17,569 nucleotides of DNA from Candidatus Hermodarchaeota archaeon (GTDB lineage: Archaea > Asgardarchaeota > Hermodarchaeia > Hermodarchaeales > Hermodarchaeaceae). Positions 1 through 7,523 of this stretch are shown here, piece by piece. Made by a program: the position numbers and the translations under genes. The notes beneath the pieces were generated by a model, which ran no database searches, was not told where the DNA came from, and saw only the letters and a list, made by a program, of their open reading frames with translations. The stretch is taken from positions 1 through 17,569 of the forward strand of contig JAEOTB010000051.1 in assembly GCA_016840065.1 (NCBI GenBank), read 5' to 3'. Positions within the stretch are counted from its first letter, which is position 1; every line of letters starts with the position of its first letter.

Positions 1-188
1 GAGAATTCTCGCCACTCAGCCCCAAGATCAAAGACGTCCTCGGTTAGGACTAGACCACAATCGGCACAGACTAGCTCTCGGTTACGAGAAACCACGTATT
101 CCTTGCTTCCGCAATTTGGGCATTCTCGGGGCTCGTCCGATGTGCGGTCATCACTTCTTTTTCTTCTGCGTGAGGAGTCTTCAGCCAT
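1..188 (-). CDS. tfb: Transcription initiation factor IIB (TFB), N-terminal part; runs off the window edge
   Basis: Not in the ORF track. Hand translation from ATG 188 gives MAEDSSRRRKRSDDRTSDEPRECPNCGSKEYVVSRNRELVCADCGLVLTEDVFDLGAEWREF. It has the CxxC..CxxC zinc ribbon followed by the TFB/TFIIB B-reader motif D-x-G-x-EWRxF. Confidence 0.93.
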   Translation of the reverse strand, partial: MAEDSSRRRKRSDDRTSDEPRECPNCGSKEYVVSRNRELVCADCGLVLTEDVFDLGAEWREF

Positions 189-263
189 TCAAATCCAGCC
201 TTTTCCCAAACATCCAGTTTAGTGACCGAGTGAAATGATTAACTCAGTTGACTTTGACTCATG

Positions 264-272
264 TAAATATAA
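264..272 (-). promoter_or_regulatory. Putative TATA box for tfb
   Basis: The minus strand reads TTATATTTA about 75 nt upstream of the tfb ATG. Confidence 0.35.
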
Positions 273-379
273 GCCTGCTGTTCTTACTGAACAGAACTCT
301 TCTTCGAGCATAAAAGGTTAAAGACTGGTGGATGAGAGGCAGGATCGCTTCCTGGGGGTAGGTGGATTTTGTATGAAAT

Positions 380-709
380 CTATGCAATTACCCTAGTTTC
401 TGAAGGTTCAGAAGAGGTGCTTAGACCCACAAGATGTAGGAATTCGCTGGGTTCTTCGCCTGCTTCTATTGATTTCACCTTGTATACCAAGCTGCGCTCA
501 TTCCTTACTGCCTGTGCCTGACGGGCTCCAATGAATTTCTTGCGAACTCCGCAGGTGCTACCAATCCATACCCAGATTCTTTTCTCCTCGTCATCTACAA
601 TTATCAAAACGCGGCTGCAGTCTAGTTCTTCTCTGAAATCCCCGTTCGGTGTTATTTCTGTGATTTCACCGTCGTTCTCCACATCGAAGACTACCAGTCT
701 TTCAGACAA
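380..709 (-). CDS. Single-domain gelsolin-like protein (Asgard type)
   Basis: LDCSRVLIIVD...IWVWIG...EAGEEPSEF matches the gelsolin repeat pattern L(N/D)S.D.FILD...I(Y/W)VW.G...QG.E...F. TTG start with GAGGT upstream. Confidence 0.85.
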   Translation of the reverse strand: MSERLVVFDVENDGEITEITPNGDFREELDCSRVLIIVDDEEKRIWVWIGSTCGVRKKFIGARQAQAVRNERSLVYKVKSIEAGEEPSEFLHLVGLSTSSEPSETRVIA

Positions 710-992
710 AATAAACCTCTCATTAACGTATTCTTGGTTGGTTCCTTTTAAATTTTAAGGTAACTTAATGATTTAAGAGATTCTTTGAGAATCACGCAAG
801 AATATATACGATAATTGCGATATCCTCAGCACATTCAACCCCAACCATAGGCTGCCTGGTTTATCATCACCAATTCTCGCCACTTTTTGGTTTCTTTAAA
901 TGCCTTTCGGCGAGGTGTTCAGCATTCTCAATCCTGATTTTAACACAAACCATTAAAACTACATATTATCCTCTTTCTCCGAAGGTGTGAAA

Positions 993-2036
993 ATGACTGA
1001 AGTGACTGCCTTTGATCGAGTTGTGGCAGCGGTTCGTGGAAAACCCCCTGACCGAGTACCAGTAATCCCACAAATCACTTACACAACAGCTCAACTCACT
1101 GGTGTAGGACTGGTTGAGGCCCTTCACAGCCCTGAAAAAACTGCAAAAGCCCTCCTTGCAGGACAAAGAGAACTAGGGTATGATGGAATTTATGCTGGAT
1201 GGGAGTCAAGCTTCAATTTACTAGCCGAAGCAATGGGGTGCACCATGCGCTACCCTGAAGATGACGTTCCCCAAGTGACAGGCCATATTATAGAAGATTC
1301 AAGCGACTTCGATAAGGTACCTATACCAGACCCTAATAGCACTGGAAGGATACCAATCCATCTCAAAACAGTCAAGCTGGTCAAACAAGAAATAGGCGAC
1401 AAAGTTCCCATTTTCTGTTACGTGCCTGGACCTTTCACCCTAGCTGGTCAGTTATGTGGGGTGAACAAATTGATGATTGCTACACTCCGTGACACCCAGT
1501 TTGTAGAAGACTTGACCCGGATAACCACTACCGCCTCAAAGAGGTATATTGAGGCAAACATAGCCGCAGGTGCAGATGTTATCGTTGCAGCAGACCCCAC
1601 TGCTAGCTCTAGCCTCATCAGCCCAGCTATGTTCAAAGCATTTGCATTACCCTGCTTGGAAGAGGTCTTGGCTGTCGCCGTTAGAAAAGGCGTTATACCT
1701 GCCCTTCACATATGTGGTCAAACAACACCAATCCTTGAACTCATGTGTGATACTGGAGCTAAAATCCTAGAAATAGACCATCTTGTTGATCTCAGGAAAG
1801 CCAAACAAGATGTGGGAGATAGGGTCTGCTTACAAGGCAATATTGACCCTACAGATCTTCTACTCACTGGTACCCCTGGAGCTGTAGAACAGGCTGCTAG
1901 GAGCTGTATCGAACAGGCTTCATCAGGTGGACGTTTCATCCTCAGTAGCGGCTGTGAGATTCCTCCAGCTGCGCCACTACCTAACATCAAGGCAATGGTA
2001 GATGCAGCTGAGAAATTTGGACGATATAATCATTGA
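993..2036 (+). CDS. MtaA/CmuA-family methylcobamide methyltransferase (UroD-like fold)
   Basis: Has PDRVPV, GPFTLA, the Zn-ligand motif LHICG, QGNIDP and SSGCEIP. ATG 993 follows GAAGGTG (the track starts at GTG 987). A corrinoid protein gene lies nearby. Confidence 0.85.
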   Translation: MTEVTAFDRVVAAVRGKPPDRVPVIPQITYTTAQLTGVGLVEALHSPEKTAKALLAGQRELGYDGIYAGWESSFNLLAEAMGCTMRYPEDDVPQVTGHIIEDSSDFDKVPIPDPNSTGRIPIHLKTVKLVKQEIGDKVPIFCYVPGPFTLAGQLCGVNKLMIATLRDTQFVEDLTRITTTASKRYIEANIAAGADVIVAADPTASSSLISPAMFKAFALPCLEEVLAVAVRKGVIPALHICGQTTPILELMCDTGAKILEIDHLVDLRKAKQDVGDRVCLQGNIDPTDLLLTGTPGAVEQAARSCIEQASSGGRFILSSGCEIPPAAPLPNIKAMVDAAEKFGRYNH

Positions 2037-2046
2037 GTCGCTTTCA

Positions 2047-2769
2047 CTATACTCTAGAGAAGTCTGTTGAGGATAAATCCACAGGTACTGGTTTTTGAAG
2101 AATGATTTCATTTGTTATCTCATTGAAGTGTGAGGTCCAAGCATAGGCTTCCACGCCCTGATTTACTGCTTCTCGGAGAATAGACCCGAAGGCGGGGTCG
2201 ATGAGGTCGTGGGGACGAATGCTTTCAGCATCGGCGCGCTGGACGATGAAGATGACTGCGGCGCGATACCCATTTCTGGCTGCGTGCATCAGCTCTTTGA
2301 TATGACGTTGCCCACGCAGTGTGACCGCCCGGGGGAAGTATGCAACTGAATTTTCAGCATGTGTTGATGATTTAGCCTCGATGAGGCAGGGCTTACTTGT
2401 GCCGTTCTGTAGCAAGAAATCCAAGCGGCTATTCAGGTATGAGGGCTCGGGTCTGATGTCAGTATAATGAACAAAAGGTTCCAGTAACTGATTGTTAAAC
2501 GCCTCGGCGAGGAGCTTGTTGGGAACACGCGAGTCCAAAGAAAGGAGGGTCCCTCGATGTCGCACGCCCACAAGAGTGTGTTCAGTCTTTCTATGTTTTG
2601 CAGGTTTGTGACTGACTAGCACTTCGACACCCGGATAGAGGAGGTCCGGCATTGGTCCAGGATTGGGGAGATAACAAGGCACCTCTCGCCCATCCACCTG
2701 GCAAACAGCGAGAAACCGATTGGGGCGCTTGAGAAAATCACCGAACAATAATTGACCTTCGATACGCAA
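2047..2769 (-). CDS. sfsA: SfsA family DNA/RNA nuclease (sugar fermentation stimulation protein)
   Basis: Has RPNRFL, PNPG.M, SRLDFLL, IEAKS, FP.AVTLRGQRH..EL, F.VQR.D and D..F motifs, i.e. a PD-(D/E)xK-type core. Confidence 0.93.
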   Translation of the reverse strand: MRIEGQLLFGDFLKRPNRFLAVCQVDGREVPCYLPNPGPMPDLLYPGVEVLVSHKPAKHRKTEHTLVGVRHRGTLLSLDSRVPNKLLAEAFNNQLLEPFVHYTDIRPEPSYLNSRLDFLLQNGTSKPCLIEAKSSTHAENSVAYFPRAVTLRGQRHIKELMHAARNGYRAAVIFIVQRADAESIRPHDLIDPAFGSILREAVNQGVEAYAWTSHFNEITNEIILQKPVPVDLSSTDFSRV

Positions 2770-2925
2770 GGAACGACACCATCACAGCTATCAACCCAGC
2801 ATCTTTGCTCTTTTTTTACTTTCCATCTTACTAATTGCATCCCTGAAGGCAGTTACCAAGGAAAAAATAACATAACCTGAAGGGAATTATAGGTGAATCA
2901 TTACATCTTCAGCTGGGTGAAGGCT

Positions 2926-3582
2926 TTGAATGATGACATCTTTCAACGTATTCGAGAATCAATGATTGCTTGCCAATCAGAGGATGTGCTTCAGCTAATC
3001 CAAAAAGCAATTAAACAGAAATTAGACGCCTCCGAGATAATTAAGGAGGGTTTAACAGCAGGTATCCGAGTCTTAGGTGACCGGTTCGAAAAAGGTGAGG
3101 CTTTTCTGCCAGAGTTAGCAGTTGCTGCAGAGACAATGAAAGAAGGGCTTAAGCTCCTAGAACCATTAATCACGGAGTCTTCTGATCAGAAGGGCTTGGG
3201 TACAGTAGTAATTGGAACGGTTCAAGGTGACATCCACGATATCGGGAAAAGTATTGTTGCCATCATGTTGATTGTAAATGGCTTCTCCGTCCATGATTTG
3301 GGCACCGATGTTTCCCCTGAGGCATTTGTAAACAAAGCCCAAGAAACAGACGCAAATATCATCGCCATGTCTGCACTCTTGACAACCACAATGGATAAAA
3401 TGCGTGAAACCATCGAATTGTTGAAGAAAGAGGGACTTCGTGATAGGGTCAAAGTCATGATTGGCGGTGCACCAGTAAGTCAGCGTTTTGCGAACTCTAT
3501 CGAAGCTGATGGATATGGTACGGACTTCAACCAAGCCGTAAGAATCGCCAGAAGCTTCGTTGGAAAGGAAGGTTCAGGTTGA
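2926..3582 (+). CDS. Methyltransferase cognate corrinoid (B12-binding) protein, MttC/MtaC-like
   Basis: Has the cap motif FLPEL, GTVQGDIHDIGK (DxHxxG), SALLTTT and IGGAPV. Likely start is TTG 2926, behind GGTGA (the track starts at 2893). Confidence 0.93.
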   Translation: MNDDIFQRIRESMIACQSEDVLQLIQKAIKQKLDASEIIKEGLTAGIRVLGDRFEKGEAFLPELAVAAETMKEGLKLLEPLITESSDQKGLGTVVIGTVQGDIHDIGKSIVAIMLIVNGFSVHDLGTDVSPEAFVNKAQETDANIIAMSALLTTTMDKMRETIELLKKEGLRDRVKVMIGGAPVSQRFANSIEADGYGTDFNQAVRIARSFVGKEGSG

Positions 3583-3608
3583 CCAACTTGTTCTAGGAGA
3601 AATAATCG

Positions 3609-5078
3609 ATGACACTACGTCCAAAATTAGAACTGCTATCCGAAGTTGATGTTCAACGTGTTCACGAAGAGAGTCTTGCTCTTCTTGAGGAAATAGGAAT
3701 GATTATCCACAATGAAGAGGCATTAGACAAACTTGCCCAGGCTGGTTGCTCTATAGATCGAGACAAGCTTAGGGCAAAAATTCCTGCATCACTAGTAGAG
3801 GAACAGCTTCGAAAGGCACCAAGGTCTATTACAGTTTTTTCTCGAGATGGAAAACCCTCACTCCAACTGGAGGGTGACCGAATTCATTTTAACCCAGGGT
3901 CTGCGGCAACACATATTCTTGACCGAGAGTCAGGTGAAAGGCGCCACCCAAGAGTAGCTGACGTGATTGAATACACACACGTTGCCGATGCCTTATCTAA
4001 TATTGATGCCCTAAGCACTGCAATCATCCCTGCTGATGTACCCAGTGAAATTGCTGACCGCTACCGCTTATACTTGGTGTTACAGAACTCCACAAAACCC
4101 GTTATCACTGGTACTTTCTCGCTTGATGCCTTTGATGATATGCGCCGCATGCTTGAAGTCATCGCTGGTGGACCCAAGAAGCTACGGGAAAAACCCTTAG
4201 CGATCTTCGATGCTTGTCCCTCAGCACCCCTACACTGGAGCAAGCTAACTGTCCATGACTTGCTCTGTTGTGCAAAGGCAGGAATTCCTGTAGAGACCAT
4301 TTCCATGCCCCAATTGGGTGCGACTGGTCCTGTCACGTTAGCAGGGTCACTCGTTTTACACAACGCTGAATCGCTAAGCGGCCTCGTCCTTGCGCAACTT
4401 ACCTCCCCAGGTACACCAGTGATATATGGTGGGTCGCCAACAGCTGTTGATATGCAATTTGGGACTGCCCGGCTAGGAGCTATTGAAAGCATAATGCTTA
4501 CATGCGCTTATGCCCAAATGGCAAAGCATTATGGGTTGCCCACCCATGGTTATCTTGGACTCTCTGACGGGAAGCTACCTGCAGATTCTCAATGCGGTTT
4601 CGAAACAGCAACTGGTCTTATTCTAGGTGCCCTGACGGGAATTAACAACATAGCTGGAGCTGGGATGCTCTGCTTTGAGAGCACACAAAGCCTTGAGAAG
4701 CTCCTCCTTGATGATGTTATCTGCGGGATGGCCAAAAGAATGACTTCGGGTGTATCAGTTAATGATGAAACACTGGCTATCGAAGCATTAAGAGAAGTGG
4801 GTTCAAAGGGCGGCGATTTCTTGCGACTCCGCCATACGCTAACATGGTTCCGTAAGGAACACTTCCTTCCGGGTGATTTGGTAGACCGTCAATCCTATGA
4901 AGCTTGGAAGGAAAAGGGCGCTCTCGATAGTCAAGCCAGGGCTAGAGAAAAGATAAAGAAGATACTCGCTAGTCACGAGCCGCTCCCACTAACTACTGAT
5001 CAAAAACAGGGATTAGATGAAATAGTTAACGACTTTGCCAAACGGCTCAAGCTGAATCCAAATAAATTGCTCAATTAG
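3609..5078 (+). CDS. MttB-superfamily (trimethylamine methyltransferase) protein, pyrrolysine-free
   Basis: Has GATGPVTLAG, NAE.LSG, PG.PVIYG, SD.K..D.Q.GFE and GAGML motifs. There is no in-frame TAG, and Leu (CTC 4560-4562) occupies the Pyl-equivalent position before SDGK. AGGAG RBS. Confidence 0.92.
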   Translation: MTLRPKLELLSEVDVQRVHEESLALLEEIGMIIHNEEALDKLAQAGCSIDRDKLRAKIPASLVEEQLRKAPRSITVFSRDGKPSLQLEGDRIHFNPGSAATHILDRESGERRHPRVADVIEYTHVADALSNIDALSTAIIPADVPSEIADRYRLYLVLQNSTKPVITGTFSLDAFDDMRRMLEVIAGGPKKLREKPLAIFDACPSAPLHWSKLTVHDLLCCAKAGIPVETISMPQLGATGPVTLAGSLVLHNAESLSGLVLAQLTSPGTPVIYGGSPTAVDMQFGTARLGAIESIMLTCAYAQMAKHYGLPTHGYLGLSDGKLPADSQCGFETATGLILGALTGINNIAGAGMLCFESTQSLEKLLLDDVICGMAKRMTSGVSVNDETLAIEALREVGSKGGDFLRLRHTLTWFRKEHFLPGDLVDRQSYEAWKEKGALDSQARAREKIKKILASHEPLPLTTDQKQGLDEIVNDFAKRLKLNPNKLLN

Positions 5079-5085
5079 CCTTGTT

Positions 5086-5316
5086 TCAATTACTATCTTC
5101 AGCTGCGCTCTCGGCTCGTTTTTGTTGATGGAGTTCCTCAAGATCCTGCTTGTTGACCTCTATGGCAACCCCTCTATAATCACAATCACGGCATTGATAA
5201 CGTGCAGCCTCGAGAATACCTGAAACCGTGGGAAGTGGCTGGAGCATCATACTGAAACAACTAGGGCAAACCAATACCCATTTGTCTTTCTGTCGGCGTT
5301 CAATTTTCCAGCCCAA
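5086..5316 (-). CDS. Small zinc-ribbon protein (76 aa), function unknown
   Basis: Has CPSC...CRDC. Likely start is TTG 5316, behind AAGGAG. The track's extension to 5475 crosses a terminator-like element. Confidence 0.7.
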   Translation of the reverse strand: MGWKIERRQKDKWVLVCPSCFSMMLQPLPTVSGILEAARYQCRDCDYRGVAIEVNKQDLEELHQQKRAESAAEDSN

Positions 5317-5438
5317 TCTTTCTTCTCCTTGTGTACCGGCTTTTTCATCCCTACTACTACGTGGCAAATATCCGAACCTCAGATGAAGCCAGCAGCTCCT
5401 AGTATTATAAGGGTTCCTCAGTGAGAATCGAATATAAG

Positions 5439-5476
5439 AAAAAAGGAGGGAACGTGCCCCTTCTAGAGGCGGCACG
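5439..5476 (-). terminator. Hairpin plus T-tract downstream of ssb
   Basis: The minus strand reads CGTGCC-G-CCT-CTAGA-AGG-GGCACG, followed by TTCCCTCCTTTTTT. Confidence 0.55.
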
Positions 5477-5495
5477 GACTTAGGGGTTTGGGAAA

Positions 5496-5975
5496 CTAGT
5501 AACGTCTGCCGCCACTGCGTCGACGGTCTCGACCGCCGCCTCGTCGGTCACCACCACTGTATCCACGGTCTCCTCGACCGTATCCACCGTAGCGGCGTGG
5601 GCGTTCGTGCTCTTGGGCACTCAAGTCGTTTTCAGTGTCAACCTCTTCAATCGGTGTTTCAGCTTCTTCGATTTTGCCGTAACGACCAATATTTAGTCGG
5701 AGGTGACCCTGAAAGAGGCTTGTGTAGCCATTTTCTAGTCTGTAGGTTTTATCGACTTCAACGGTGTCGATGCTATCATCCCATAGGGATAACAGCACAA
5801 TACCAGTAGAGTCGCCAACTGTTGCATCGAGCACTCGATGTGTCTCGCCATCGCGACGTGAAGTTACCTCTCGGGCTTCACCTTTCTCAACGACCTTGAA
5901 GGAGATATTGACACTCTTCATTCTCGGTCGCAGTTCTGACACCTGTGCTTCGACTGGTTCTCTATCATATGACAT
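5496..5975 (-). CDS. ssb: Single OB-fold ssDNA-binding protein (crenarchaeal SSB/hSSB type) with a Gly/Arg-rich tail
   Basis: Has V.ELRP..VN..FKV, VGD.TG...SLW, ENGY..F.G.LRLNIGRYG. The C-terminus is RGG/YGG-rich. Confidence 0.9.
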   Translation of the reverse strand: MSYDREPVEAQVSELRPRMKSVNISFKVVEKGEAREVTSRRDGETHRVLDATVGDSTGIVLLSLWDDSIDTVEVDKTYRLENGYTSLFQGHLRLNIGRYGKIEEAETPIEEVDTENDLSAQEHERPRRYGGYGRGDRGYSGGDRRGGGRDRRRSGGRRY

Positions 5976-6110
5976 TCTGGGTACTCTCGGTTCTTTTATC
6001 TAGTCAGGCTTTCTAACCAGCATGTTTCTCAAGGGAACCCTCCAACTGGGCAGAGGAGCAAGCCCAAGATAACACCAAGGCTGTTATCGGCACTGACATA
6101 TGACCTCTTC

Positions 6111-6128
6111 GAAAGCTAATATTTAAAC
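6111..6128. promoter_or_regulatory. Putative bidirectional TATA element between divergent ssb and acyP
   Basis: The sequence is GAAAGCTAATATTTAAAC. It reads TTTAAA on the plus strand after a purine-rich BRE-like GAAAG, and TTTAAATA on the minus strand. Confidence 0.45.
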
Positions 6129-6154
6129 ACTCCCTTCTTTAAGGAAAAGCTAGG

Positions 6155-6436
6155 TTGATTCAATTGAGGGTCATTCAAGCTATTGTTAGGGGACGGGTCC
6201 AAGGAGTGTTCTTCCGTGTATCGACGAGAAAGGAAGCTACGCGACTCGGTTTATCAGGGTGGATCCGTAACAAATCCAATGGCAGCGTTGAATGCTTTGC
6301 CCAAGGACCAGAGGACGCGATTGAGGCATTGATCATTTTTCTTCATAAAGGTCCTCCTGCTGCACGTGTCGATACCGTTGAAATCCGCGAAGGGAGACCT
6401 GATCCAAGCTACACCAATTTTGAAGTCACGTACTAA
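6155..6436 (+). CDS. acyP: Acylphosphatase
   Basis: Has GRVQGVFFR, GW.RN..GSVE and GPPAARV. Start is TTG 6155 or TTG 6164. Confidence 0.96.
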   Translation: MIQLRVIQAIVRGRVQGVFFRVSTRKEATRLGLSGWIRNKSNGSVECFAQGPEDAIEALIIFLHKGPPAARVDTVEIREGRPDPSYTNFEVTY

Positions 6437-6671
6437 GAAGTTTGGTATAGAAGCATCAGTACGCTAGCAGGATGTAGCTCACTAGGACTAGAAATAGGGT
6501 TGGTATATGATTCGAAAGGGGCGGGGCGTTAGACCTAGACATCGTATGGTTTGCCAAAATTCAGGAAAAGAAGCTAGGGAGGCGCCCGTGTGGTCGTGTT
6601 GACAATGAATGTATCCACTAGAACGGCTTATACTAGAAAATATAGGAGAAACCACTCGCCTAGTGGAAGAG

Positions 6672-6845
6672 TTACTCCTCCTCTTCTTCTAGTTTACCTT
6701 CAGCTTTTAGTTTCTCCAGTAGCGCCTCTTCAGCGGAAAGATCCGATTTAGGACGCTCTGTTTTAGGTGCGCTTTGGAGATCAGGTTTTCCTTCTTCAAT
6801 TGCCCGTCTAAGCTCTTCACGCATTTTGTCTTTTTCTTCACCCAA
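6672..6845 (-). CDS. 57-aa acidic microprotein with WH2/actobindin-like motif(s)
   Basis: Too short for the ORF track. TTG 6845 is preceded by AAGGTGA. Translation: MGEEKDKMREELRRAIEEGKPDLQSAPKTERPKSDLSAEEALLEKLKAEGKLEEEEE*. A small hairpin (6652-6666) and a T-rich tract follow. Coding status is better supported than function. Confidence 0.75.
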   Translation of the reverse strand: MGEEKDKMREELRRAIEEGKPDLQSAPKTERPKSDLSAEEALLEKLKAEGKLEEEEE

Positions 6846-6961
6846 TTTGATTCACCTTAATTGACTGCAATTTCTTCTATTATTAGTCTTTCCTCTAAGA
6901 TTTTTTTGATGACTTCTTTGTGTTTTACAGCCGGTTTTCACAGGACAGGTTACAGAAAGGT

Positions 6962-7411
6962 CTATTCGTGTTCTTCTTCAATTTCTGTTTCAGCTTCAGC
7001 CTCGGGTTCTACTTCAGGTTCTGGTTCTATCTCTGGTTCAGGTTCTGGATTGGTTCTTGTTGGAATAATAGGAGTGTCTTGACGAGTACTGCCTTCAGCT
7101 GTTCCGAAGGATTTGGACGTTTGGCTGTAACTGACTCGCGGAGTGACAGTGAGTCGGTCTGGAAGGGCTGAACCTTTTTCATCCACAACTAGTTTCCAAC
7201 CTCTCCCTATTCGTTCACCATTTGATAGAAGAAATCCACTTCGTGCAATTGATTCTGCTTGACGCATTGCTGTTCGACGTTCGATGAGCCCTGTTCCGGT
7301 TGAAAGAACTAGTCTCACTTGTTTCGTGGTTTTATCCAGTTCAACTTGGATACCTGAATCCGTTGTAGCCGATTCAACGAATTCACGATTCTGAAATATG
7401 AGTGTAATCAC
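6962..7411 (-). CDS. Hypothetical protein: probable divergent gelsolin-like domain plus Glu/Pro-rich tail
   Basis: GTG start behind AGGTGA. The core aligns without gaps to the 380-709 protein. It ends in (EP)n/acidic low complexity. Confidence 0.7.
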   Translation of the reverse strand: MITLIFQNREFVESATTDSGIQVELDKTTKQVRLVLSTGTGLIERRTAMRQAESIARSGFLLSNGERIGRGWKLVVDEKGSALPDRLTVTPRVSYSQTSKSFGTAEGSTRQDTPIIPTRTNPEPEPEIEPEPEVEPEAEAETEIEEEHE

Positions 7412-7523
7412 GGCTGTTCACCTAGTCAGAAAGGCACACAGTGTTTTTTCCCCTGTGCCACACACCTTTCTCAGCTAACCATATTTTCTGTTTTGACTGC
7501 TAAAAAACCTTTTGTGCCCTCGT

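Noticed and set aside
3609-5078. Pyrrolysine or selenocysteine recoding
   Set aside because: No in-frame TAG/TGA interrupts this or any other recognised gene. All appear full length.
5317-5475. N-terminal extension of the Zn-ribbon ORF given in the track
   Set aside because: It overlaps the ssb terminator-like hairpin and AT-rich sequence. A better RBS-supported start exists at 5316.
6857-6937. Protein-like minus-strand stretch KPAVKHKEVIKKILEERLIIEEIAVN in frame with 6962-7411
   Set aside because: It is separated from that ORF by three stop codons and has no start codon. It is probably a by-product of A-rich intergenic sequence.
6861-7171. Plus-strand ORFs 6861-7082 and 6920-7171
   Set aside because: They are antisense shadows of the Glu/Pro repeat in 6962-7411.
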